A DNA stretch of 64,000 nt, from assembly GCA_964016885.1 (NCBI GenBank), contig OZ024741.1, positions 66,464,001-66,528,000 on the forward strand, in the 5' to 3' direction. Positions 14,207 to 24,969 of this stretch are shown piece after piece. This DNA comes from Eledone cirrhosa. Taxonomy: Eukaryota. Position 1 is the first letter of the stretch. Each line of letters starts with the position of its first letter. The notes under the pieces are model-generated. The model did no database searches, was not told the origin of the DNA, and saw only the letters and a program-made list of their open reading frames with translations. A program made the position numbers and the translations under genes.

Positions 14207-14409
14207 TGAAATATTCAGATAGAAACAAATTATATACCTGTATTCTATAAGTAGATATGTAAAAAGAAAAGAGAGTACAAGAGAGTGATATACAAACATG
14301 CACACACATATGTGTGTCTGTGTATATATATATATATGTGTATGTATGTATGTATGTATGTATGTATGTATATATATATGTGTGTGTGTATATATATATA
14401 CATTCATAC

Positions 14410-14442
<33 letters not shown>

Positions 14443-14477
14443 TGAATATATATATATATATACATATACATATACAA

Positions 14478-14510
<33 letters not shown>

Positions 14511-14567
14511 TATATATGTGTGTATATATATATATACATATATATATATATGTGTGTATATACATAT

Positions 14568-14691
<124 letters not shown>

Positions 14692-16413
14692 CGAGAGAGA
14701 GCGAGAGAGAAAGTAGAGATAGAGATAGAAATAGATATATTATATACCTGTATTCTAATAAGATAAAGCACACACAAAAAAAACAAAAACCCAAAACGTA
14801 ATAATAATGTTTGGCTAACTAAATGTTTAGTTGGCAATGGCAACATTAGATAATGGTATTTCTGTAGAAACAGTGCCATTTACTTTTGGTAAGATGCCAG
14901 CTACTTGCAGACGATGCATTTCTCAACCACCATCGCGATTTTCTCTCTTCCTCCCCTATAATCATCATAACCAGCACCATTACTAATATCACGACTACAA
15001 TAGCCATAACCTCACACCCACCACCATCACCACCATTTGCAGCAGTTGCCCCCCCCCCACCTGCAGCAGTAGCAGCACCAGTATTACAATAGTCATCTCT
15101 CACCATTATAACCACCACAAACACCACCATTACAATAACCATCGCTCATCACTACCACCACTACCAGCACTATCACCACCACCACCATCATCATCAGCAC
15201 AATCACACTATTACCCCCACCAACACTGGTACCATCACCCCCACCGCCACAATACTCACCATCAAGAACTCTCTGTCCGCCATTGACTATAGCACCATCA
15301 CCATTTACTAGATCAAAAGCACAACTATAACCACTACAACAACAACTTGTACCAATGATGTTACAATTACAATAGCCTACATCTCCCCTTCCTCCCTCTA
15401 CATCTACCCCTCCTCCCTCTACATAGTCCCTCCCTCTCTACATTCCCCATCCTCCCTCTACATAGACCCACCTCCTCTACATCTCCCCCTCCTACCTCTA
15501 CACAGCCCCTTCCCCTCTACATCCTCCTCCTCCTCTACCTTCTCCTTCTCCTCTACATCTCCCCCCCTCATACCTCTACATATCCCCTTCCCCTCTACAT
15601 CTCCCCCTCCTACCTCTACATATCCCCCCTTCTCCTCTACATATCCCCCTTTCTCCTCTACATATTCCCCTTCTACCTCTACATAACCCCGTCCGCTCTA
15701 ATCACCCCCTCTACATCTCCCCAACTCCCTTTACATCTCCCCTCCTCCCTCTACATCTCCCGCTCCTCCCTCTACATAGCCCTTTTTTCCCTCTACATCT
15801 CCCTTTCCTCCCTCTACAACTGCTCCCTCCCTCTACAACTGCTCCCTCCCTCTACAACTGCTCCCTCCCTCTACATCTCCCCTCCTCCCTCTTCTACATC
15901 TCCCCTCCTCCCTCTTCTACATCTCCCCTCCTCCCTCTTCTACATCTCCCCCTCCTCCTCCTACACCCCCTCCTCCTACAATGATCACTATCACTACAAT
16001 AACCTACACCTCCCCTCCTCCCCCTACAACCATCACTATCACTACAATAACCTACACCTCCCCTCCTCCCCCTACAACCATCACTATCACTACAATAACC
16101 TACACCTCCCCTCCGCCGTCGCCATCACCGTCACCAAGACCACAAGCACCACCGTCGCCATCATCATCATCATCATCATCACCACCATCACCACAACTAC
16201 CATCACTACCACCACCACCACCACCGTCGCCAACACCACAAGCACCATCACCACGACCCCTGCCGTCAACATCCTCACCACCACCACCACCACCACCACC
16301 ACCAACACCACCAGTAACAACAACAACAACAACAACATAACAGCCACTATTCACCAATGCCTAGTTTCCTTTTTTTACCTATATATATATGTGTGTGTGT
16401 GTGTGCATGTATG

Positions 16414-16494
<81 letters not shown>

Positions 16495-16498
16495 CATA

Positions 16499-16588
<90 letters not shown>

Positions 16589-17065
16589 ACTGTACAGATG
16601 TCAGCTGACAAAGCTGAATCGATGAACAAGACACAGTAGGTTCCCTTTCACGTCCTGGAGCAAAAGAAAAGAAAAAAGAAACCTTGATCTCAAAAAAGGA
16701 AAAACTAAAAAATCCAACCCAACCTATTGATGGCAAACCACAACAGCTTATCTAGAAGGTTCTGACATCTGAGTGTCAGACAAAGATAGAGAGAATTTTC
16801 TTATGTAACGCTTCACTTGGCTGCATACAAAAAATATATGTACTGCCTTTATTCTTCCAATTCTCTGCAGCCCGTTTCTCAATCACTTTTTTGTGTCTAT
16901 CTACTTAACACTCTACCTGTCTCCCTGTCTCCCTGTCTATTTGGGTGTCTGTCTGTTTATCTGTCTCTCTATCTATGTGTCTGTCTGTCTGACTGACTGC
17001 CTGACTGTCCATCTATCTATCTGACTACTGACTACCAATGTGTTTGTCTCTCTGTCTATATACGA

Positions 17066-17096
<31 letters not shown>

Positions 17097-17097
<1 letters not shown>

Positions 17098-17525
17098 GGA
17101 ACCAGTAAGACCCCGACGGCTGAGCTCAAGCCGTCGAAACTGTCTATGGTTCCTATTACCCACTCTACTACCCTAAGTATTGAGTACTTTGGTGCGTTAT
17201 GGTCCACCTGGTTCCTTACCACAATTCCTTCGTTATCTAGCTCCTATTCCCGTAGTAGAGCACTTTCCGACCCTACCACGCCGTATCCAGACTTTTCCGC
17301 TAAGCTCAATTCCTTTCACCCGCACCATGCGAAAACACAACATTGACTTCTCTACCAAGAACATCCCAATCCCACCGAAAAAACTTGCGTCCAGAATTAG
17401 CCGTCGAAACGGCTTGAGCTCAGCCGTCGGGGTCTTACTGGTTCCTATTACCCACTCTACTACCCTAAGTATTGAGTACTTTGGTGCGTTATGGTCCACC
17501 TGGTTCCTTACCACATTTCCTTCGT

Positions 17526-17528
<3 letters not shown>
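17097..17528 (+). mobile_element. Second Naiad-like family: pLTR, 5'UTR, first ~19 codons, then pLTR again
   Basis: ATG at 17327 gives MRKHNIDFSTKNIPIPPKK, similar to MERHQLDMSLKNIPIQAKR at the start of the 4147-6466 ORF. Confidence 0.65.
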
Positions 17529-17572
<44 letters not shown>

Positions 17573-17618
17573 GTGTTAAACATTTAACATCTCAGGGTAT
17601 GTCATGTATCATTATATT

Positions 17619-17719
17619 CCCGCCGAGGTTGACTTTGCCTTTCATCCTTATGGGGTCGATAAAATAAAGTACCAGTAATGCACTGGGTAATTGCTGGCCT
17701 TGTGCCTAAAGTAGAAACA
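17619..17719 (+). mobile_element. SINE S1, 5'-truncated
   Basis: S1 core and 3' end. TSD attatatt (17611-17618 / 17720-17727). Confidence 0.8.
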
Positions 17720-17722
17720 ATT

Positions 17723-17779
17723 ATATTTTGTCTGATGAGGACGTACTGTTGTACATCCGAAATCTGTATAATAAAATGT
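17723..17779 (+). ncRNA. Minimal type I HHR motif
   Basis: atattttgt CTGATGA ggacgtac-tgtt-gtacatcc GAAA tctgta TA ataaaatgt. Confidence 0.68.
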
Positions 17780-17822
17780 AATTGATCAAAAGAACATCTA
17801 TGTTATTAATACTTATATTTTA

Positions 17823-17851
<29 letters not shown>

Positions 17852-17853
<2 letters not shown>

Positions 17854-18083
17854 ACGAAGGAAATGTGGTAAGGAACCAGGTGGACCATAACGCACCAAAG
17901 TACTCAATACTTAGGGTAGTAGAGTTGGTAATAGGAAAAAGTATGACCCCGACGGCAGAGCTCAAGCCGTTTCGACGGCTATTTCTGGACTAAATTATAA
18001 ATTTTAGCCTGGTAAAAATTCTAATTTAGTCCAGAAATAGCCGTCGAAACGGCTTGAGCTCTGCCGTCGGGGTCATACTTTTT

Positions 18084-18087
<4 letters not shown>
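17852..18087. mobile_element. Fold-back pLTR fragment (Naiad-2 family)
   Basis: Palindrome 17935-18087 centred on an imperfect hairpin between two inverted GAAA half-cores. (TA)n flanks. Confidence 0.65.
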
Positions 18088-18157
<70 letters not shown>

Positions 18158-18214
18158 GAAGGATGAGCTGAGAGTAAGTTTTTTTATCTATCTATATATC
18201 TATCTATCAATTAA

Positions 18215-18511
18215 GGTGAAAGTGGCGAGAATGGCCCGAGTGAATGGGCCTTCTCTCTATATCAGCCTGTAGGTTGAGGAAAAGGAGGAGGAGAGGAAGG
18301 GAGTACAAGCTCTTCGTACTCCTGGAGATGAGGGTTGCACATTTTTTTTCGGGGGTATGTGTTACCCATATGAACTGTCTCCCCCTATTGGGGAAAATCG
18401 ACTAACTTTTTAAATTGCATTTGTGATAACATTTTACACGTTTTTATTGTATGTAAACTTCCCCCTTTGTATTTGTCCCCTTCTTTTGTGCCTCTGTGGC
18501 TAATAAAGAAA
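18215..18511 (+). mobile_element. Tx1 LINE family D, 5'-truncated (~300 bp)
   Basis: Encodes VKVARMARVNGPSLYISL* followed by the 3'UTR. 14-bp TSD tatctatcaattaa (18201-18214 / 18514-18527). Confidence 0.9.
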
Positions 18512-18739
18512 TATATCTATCAATTAATGATTGAGAGAGGGGTGCAGAGATGTGGAAGATTGAAGGAAATCAGGCCATCATCTTTTACATGCAACCAACT
18601 GATGCAGTACAAGAAGACCCTGTCTCTGTCTGACATATGGTTGTCAGAACCTTCCAGTTAGCTTGATGGATTTCGCCATCAATAAAGAAGTTTTCAATTC
18701 TATCATTCTGTCATTTTAACATATGTATATATATCCATC

Positions 18740-18842
<103 letters not shown>

Positions 18843-18846
18843 TATA

Positions 18847-19557
18847 GTGTTGGTCTAGACCTCCAGGTTGAGAAAAACTGGAACGAGATCACAGTGAAGG
18901 TATTTGCGCTCACCCAAAAGTGGGAGTGAGTGCAAACTCTCCTTAAATGGTCGAGCGGAGGTGGCGAACACTTACATAGCGGTCGTCATCTACTATCGCT
19001 TGACGGTCGTGCCTTGTCCCCGTTATCACCTCATCAAAATGGAACGCCTACTCTTCAAGTTCCTTTGGAAGAAACATGCTCTGTTGGTGAGGAGATCCAT
19101 GTGCTGCCAACACGCTTCTAACGGAGAGCTGGGCATGCCGTAGCTGATGATGCCGTAGCTGATGAGGCTACGCCATCTCCAGGTATTTCTGACCGGTGAA
19201 CCGGTGTGGTCGTCGTTTGTGAAACAAGCTTTTACACAATTCGTCTCGCTAACGGAGCTGCAGTCCTGACACCTCGAGTGAGCTCATGCGCTCTCAGTCC
19301 TCTATCAGGTCCTCTATAGAGGGTTAGTGGAGGATAAGTGCGACGACATTCTCGGGGAGACTCCATGCTCTGGAATTGAGGATTGTTCTATCTACGGGGT
19401 GTAAAACAACCCAATTTTAACGTTCCCCCTATTGGGGATTTCGATTGTTATTTATTAATTTATAACTGTAAAAACGTTTTTTTTACACGCCTAAATGTAA
19501 AATCCCCGCCATACGTCCTGTAATGTCCCATTTTTTGTGCGCCCTTCTGGCAAATAA

Positions 19558-19558
<1 letters not shown>
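18847..19558 (+). mobile_element. Degenerate, internally deleted Tx1 (A-like) fragment
   Basis: Fragments DLQVEKNW, GRAEVANTYI, GLGMP with stops. A-type 3'UTR ending AATAAA, then (TCTA)n. Confidence 0.85.

Positions 19559-19633
<75 letters not shown>
19559..19633 (+). repeat. (TATC)n spacer
   Basis: Pure tetranucleotide tract between two Tx1 copies. Confidence 0.95.
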
Positions 19634-19634
<1 letters not shown>

Positions 19635-22600
19635 GGGACAAGGATATGTTAAGCTGTCCACGAATGCACATGGTTGCCTATTCAGATCACAAGTTAGTCG
19701 TCTGCTTAGTCAACCGTGATAGAATACATAGACAGGGTCCCGGTAATGGAAGCTGAACGTGTCGTTGCCGGCACGTAAAGCTTACAGTGAACGGATAAGT
19801 AAACTAGTCAAGCAGCAGTTAACGGGAGCCATCGTCAACAATAGATGGTGGTACTCTCTCAAGAAAGCAATTAGAATAGAATCGATAGGGTATAGCAGAG
19901 AGTTAGCCTTAGAGAAAAACAGAATAGAAAGAGAACTAGTAGCCAAGGTAGAGGAGGCACTTAGAAGTGGCAACGCGGCTAGAGTGTTAGCGTCGAGAAC
20001 GGCACTGGACCAGTTCTTCGATGCGAAACACGAAGGCTGCGTGGTCAGAAGCAAAACACGTGCTCTAGGAAACGAAGGAGCGAAAGCTGTCAGCTGGGCC
20101 CGAGTGGCGGAGGCAAAAAGTGGCAACAAGTCCACGATTCGGTCTTTGAAAGACCAAAACGGACGCGTGCTACTTGACCCCAAGCAAATGTGCGCGGCCT
20201 TTCAGCGGCACTTTGCGCGACTGTTTGAGCAGAACGACGGTGAGCCGAACGGGGCAATGGACTTTAGTTCATACCTCGACGGCCTGCCGCGTCTCTCGAA
20301 CACGGACGCCGAGTTCTGCGAAAGACCGATCACGGACACTGAGATACGGGACGCTCTGGGCCGCTGCAGGAAACGCAAGTCACCCGGTCTAGATGGTCTA
20401 CCCTACGAATTTTACATAGGCATGCCGGACTTGTTCTCTGGCGTCCTCGAAGCCGTCTACTGCAATTGGCAGCAGAACGGGAGAATTCCCAGTTCTGCAG
20501 GCAAGGGCGTAGTAACGCTGATCAGGAAAGACGAGAACAAGGGGGACGAAATTAACAACTTCAGGCCCATAACTCTGCTCAACACAGAGTTAAAGATTTT
20601 GGCCAAGGTGCTAGCGACGAGGTTGGCGCTTGTCGTCGAGAACCTGGTAGGGAAAGCGCAAACGTGTGCAATCCCGACCAGGTCCATACACGACAACCTC
20701 CACCTCATGCGATACATCATAGAGAGGGTGGGTAGTAAACCCGGCTTCGGTGGGGCTCTGATCAACTTGGATCAGTCTAAGGCATTCGATAGGGTCGACC
20801 ATCGATACTTGGAAGCGGTTCTCAAGGCGGCCGGTTTCGGTCCCGTGTTCAGAGGATGGATCGAGGCGATGTACACCAGCATCTGCTCGAGGGTCAAGGT
20901 GAACGGCTACCTATCGGAGCCGTTCGCAATCACGCGTTCCATTCGACAGGGATGCCCTCTCTCCTCCATTCTGTATGTATTGACTCTAGAGCCACTACTG
21001 CGGAAATTGGAGCTGTTGCAGGGCATCCCCCTAGAACCGGGACTGCGCAAAGCGGCGTCGGCTTATGCCGACGACGTGACAGTAATGGTGTCGAGCACCT
21101 CGGAAATCGGGGTGATCGGCAACATACTGAAAGAATACGAAACGCTGACGGGAGCAAAACTAAACCCAGACAAGTCTGTCGGTTTGCAACTCGGTACGTG
21201 GAAAGGCAAACCGATGTCATCCGACAGCGTCGTTGGACGCTGGACGGACGGACCGGTGAAATTGCTCGGGGTCTGGTTCGGTCCAGACCTCCAGGTGGAG
21301 AAAAACTGGAACGAGGTCACGGCCAAGGTGTTTGCACTCACTCAGAAGTGGGCAGAGTGCAAACTGTCCTTGAAAGGTCGAGCGGAGGTGGCGAACACTT
21401 TCATAGCGTCCGTCATCTACTACCGCTTGACTGTCGTGCCTTGTCCCCGTGAACACCTCGCCAAGATGGAACGCATGCTCTTCCAGTTTCTGTGGAAGAA
21501 GCAGGCTCCGCTGGTGAGGAGATCCGTCTGCTGTCAGCACCCTTCCAACGGAGGGCTGGGAATGCCGTGGCTGATGATGCGCAAACATGCGCTGAGGCTG
21601 CGGCATCTCCAGGTATTCCTCACCGACCCCCAACCGGTGTGGGCACCGTTTGTGAGACAGGCTTTCCCACAGCTCGTCTCGCTAACGGAGCTGCAGTCCT
21701 GGGTGAAGAAAAGACCGAAAACGATGGGCGCCTGGCACATTGAATGCGCTCAGGCGCTCACAGTCCTCTGGCAAGCGGGCGCAGCAATCAGTGGAGACTC
21801 CACTTCGACATTCTATAGAGGGATTGTACGTTACAAGGGCGACGACGTGCTCGGAGAGACTCTGGGCGTCGAAGACGATGAGCTCACCAGTATGTTTGGT
21901 AGGACTTTCCGCCCGGGACCTATGGACAACTTCCAGAGGTCCCTGGCCTGGCAGTGCTACCGAGGAGCTCTACCGGTTCGTGACAAGATCTACAGGCACG
22001 GACGCCCTGGCAGGGATCCTTCCAAGAGGACGTGTCCAAGATGTGCGCAGGACATTGAAACAGTTCTGCACGCAATTGTACACTGCCCGGGCGTAAGCGA
22101 CCTGTGGAACTATGCAGAACAACTGCTGTCGCGTATGGGACAAATACAGTTGACTGCCGAGTCCATAGTAAGGATCAAACCGCCAGACTCTTTCAAAAAC
22201 GAAAGAGAGGCGGTTTTCCTCTGTACGGTGGCTATGGTGAAAGAAGTTATATGGTGGACGAGGTTGAGAGGACTGAGGACAGATGCCTTTCTCTCCGGAC
22301 AACAATTGATTCCATTCTTTAAGTATCACTTTAGAAGGAGAATCAGGGTGGAGAGAGAGGCACTGCACCCCAGTAAATTTACTGAAAGGTGGGTGAATGA
22401 AGCGAAAATGGCCCGAGTGATTGGGCCTTCTCTGTTTATAAGCCTGTAGGTTGAGGAAGAGAGCAAAAGGAAGAAAGGAGCACTTGCACAACACGCTCCT
22501 TGAGTTGAGGGTTGTTCTATCGACGGGGTATTAAACAACCCATTTGTGGCGCCTCCCCCCTATTGGGGATTTCGATTGTTGAAATTGTTTGTTTTTATAT

Positions 22601-22683
22601 TTTTTACACGACTGTATGTAAAATCCCCGGCATGTCTTTGTATTGTCCCCTTTCTTGTTGCGCCCTTGTGGCTAATAAAGAAA
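19634..22683 (+). mobile_element. Tx1 LINE family A, 5'-truncated at the end of the APE domain
   Basis: Begins at RDKDMLSCP...SDHKLV. RT ORF intact. 3'UTR ends AATAAAGAAA, then (TCTA)n. Confidence 0.93.
19759..22449 (+). CDS. Tx1 ORF2 (RT + C-terminal CCHC), N-terminally truncated, 896 aa open
   Basis: KSPGLDGLP, FRPITLLN, LDQSKAFDRVDH, RQGCPLS, AYADDV, CPRC...H...HC. Confidence 0.9.
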   Translation: MSLPARKAYSERISKLVKQQLTGAIVNNRWWYSLKKAIRIESIGYSRELALEKNRIERELVAKVEEALRSGNAARVLASRTALDQFFDAKHEGCVVRSKTRALGNEGAKAVSWARVAEAKSGNKSTIRSLKDQNGRVLLDPKQMCAAFQRHFARLFEQNDGEPNGAMDFSSYLDGLPRLSNTDAEFCERPITDTEIRDALGRCRKRKSPGLDGLPYEFYIGMPDLFSGVLEAVYCNWQQNGRIPSSAGKGVVTLIRKDENKGDEINNFRPITLLNTELKILAKVLATRLALVVENLVGKAQTCAIPTRSIHDNLHLMRYIIERVGSKPGFGGALINLDQSKAFDRVDHRYLEAVLKAAGFGPVFRGWIEAMYTSICSRVKVNGYLSEPFAITRSIRQGCPLSSILYVLTLEPLLRKLELLQGIPLEPGLRKAASAYADDVTVMVSSTSEIGVIGNILKEYETLTGAKLNPDKSVGLQLGTWKGKPMSSDSVVGRWTDGPVKLLGVWFGPDLQVEKNWNEVTAKVFALTQKWAECKLSLKGRAEVANTFIASVIYYRLTVVPCPREHLAKMERMLFQFLWKKQAPLVRRSVCCQHPSNGGLGMPWLMMRKHALRLRHLQVFLTDPQPVWAPFVRQAFPQLVSLTELQSWVKKRPKTMGAWHIECAQALTVLWQAGAAISGDSTSTFYRGIVRYKGDDVLGETLGVEDDELTSMFGRTFRPGPMDNFQRSLAWQCYRGALPVRDKIYRHGRPGRDPSKRTCPRCAQDIETVLHAIVHCPGVSDLWNYAEQLLSRMGQIQLTAESIVRIKPPDSFKNEREAVFLCTVAMVKEVIWWTRLRGLRTDAFLSGQQLIPFFKYHFRRRIRVEREALHPSKFTERWVNEAKMARVIGPSLFISL

Positions 22684-22692
22684 TCTATCTAA

Positions 22693-22738
<46 letters not shown>

Positions 22739-22739
22739 G

Positions 22740-22774
<35 letters not shown>

Positions 22775-22775
22775 G

Positions 22776-22870
<95 letters not shown>

Positions 22871-22873
22871 CTC
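22684..22873 (+). repeat. (TATC)n spacer, ~190 bp
   Basis: Near-pure tract between family A and family B copy 1. Confidence 0.95.
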
Positions 22874-23093
22874 TACGATGGACACATGTGCTGAGCTCGC
22901 TCGGTAAGTTTTTGTTTAAATTCATACGGAAATTGTAAACTGTAAACTTTCATTTTTGTACCATTTTGTAGAGGGACTGCCAGGTCAAATTTTGATCTGG
23001 TCGGTCTCTCAAAATATTCTGCGCCTTTGGGCGAAATAGTATTGTGAACATTTTATCTTTCGAAAAACTTCGAAAAACCCTATTTTGAGAAAA

Positions 23094-23270
23094 ATGGCTG
23101 AAGCATCTTCACCATCAATCAAAGAAGGAAAGGGGAAGTCATACTCACAGCTTCCCCCTGCCACTGTCACAGCAGCAGATGCCAAAGGCAGAGGTCAGAG
23201 AGAGGAAGAATTGTCTTCACCTGTTGACCGACCACTAGATGTAGCCACAACTACACAAGAATTTGAAAAC

Positions 23271-23301
<31 letters not shown>

Positions 23302-24945
23302 GCAACAATAAAGACAGCAAAAACAACAACAACACAAACGTCACAAGTATCCACACACGAAACGAGAAAGACAACAACAACAACAAAGATGAAAACAACT
23401 CAAACGACGAGAAACAAAACAATACTAATATCCAAAACGAAAACAAAATATCTTTTGCACAAACGGCTAAATTATCAGTCGCTTATGTGCTGGAAGATAT
23501 TTCAAAAGCAAAAGAAATGCTGGAAAAAGCCAAGAAATATGTGTCTTTTGGCGAAAACGGATCGTTTTCTATACATTCACCTCCGGAGCTAAAAAGACAG
23601 ACGGAATTACGAACTGTCGTATTCCGAACAATTTTAAATAAAACAAAGAAACCAGCGCAACCATCTCAAGCAGAAACTCAGTTAGTCTTGAAAGACGCGA
23701 TGAGAGACATCACTTTCATACAAAAGGATAAACTCTATGGGAGTTTATCCATATTGATGAAAGACGAATTGGCGGCAAAAAAATACTCTGTGTCGCCAAT
23801 TCGGTCCACACACTACACCTTCTTCCCCACCTACATGGGTAAAAAAACCCAGAGGATATGGATAACCACCATCACCCCAAACATAAACTACTGGTGGTTA
23901 CTAACCGGTTTCCTCAATTTAGACGAGGACAACCTCATCTCAATAGGGAAGGCATCCGGCGACGCGTTCAGTGGAACGAGCCTCGAAGTTCTGACCCAAA
24001 TAAGGCCAGAACGCATCGCCCAAATCCCTGAGCGCGTCATGCTGGATGACCGTACCCACCTCAACATTATTGTGGAGGGTAGGCGTCCCTCCTGTTACCT
24101 CTGTGGCAATAGAGGTCACCTGAGGGCTGCCTGTCCCCAGCTCACACAGAAAAAAACACTGCTACCAACACCACCCCAACTACAACAACAAAAACAACCA
24201 CAACAACAACAAAAACCAACAACCCCACCACCACCACCACCACCACAACAACAACAACAACAACAAACACGTGAAAAAATAACACAGAATACTGTCCCAC
24301 CCAATCCCTTCCCACCCAAAACAAATACAAAAACACGCACACCGCAAACACTACCAGAAAACATACCCCTCCCACCCAACAAGGAAGACGAACCTCTTTC
24401 GTCGCAAGACGAAAAAGATCCCTTCCAACAAGTAAAAAGAAAGAAGAGGAGACGCACCACAGACACACATGTTAACTTTAACCCCCCCCAAGAGAACACA
24501 AACTACACACAAACCACCCCTCCCTGTCACACAACACTAACTGCTACACAAAAAAAGACCTTACAATACACATACATGAACACAGACAACAAAGAATTAC
24601 GGAAAACAATTTCAGCAAACCCTTCGGTCCAAACTGAAGGGCCAAACTTTATAACTGCTGTGGGACTACCTCATTTGAAAATGATAAAAGTCCCAATGCA
24701 CTTGTACAAAACACTGAAAATAAATTTCACGGAGGACGTGGGCCCCCCCTGCGCCAAACCAATCAACCGCGTCCTCCTAAAAAATTTCACCCCCCCCCCA
24801 CCCAGACACCCACTCAACGACAAACACCCCAACCCCACAACACACCGATGCCCCTTCACTTCCACAAACCACCACCCCACCCAACAACCCATCCCCAACC
24901 AGCATGGAAATTGAGCGGCCCGTTTCCCGGGACGCAGAGAGGTAA
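23094..24945 (+). CDS. Tx1 ORF1, gag-like with a CCHC zinc knuckle
   Basis: ATG at 23094. CYLCGNRGHLRAAC, poly-N and Q/P tracts, basic KRKKRRR. The track ORF stops at 24914; comparison with copy 2 suggests a C-run frameshift and a true stop at 24943-24945. Confidence 0.8.
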
Positions 24946-24969
24946 GTGCCTTTTCTCTTTACCACCAAC

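Noticed and set aside
15360-16340. Extensin/proline-rich or His-rich ORFs (also 41170-41630 and 51465-51884)
   Set aside because: Degenerate CCT/CAC/CAT trinucleotide and ~20-bp C-rich repeats with no coding evidence.
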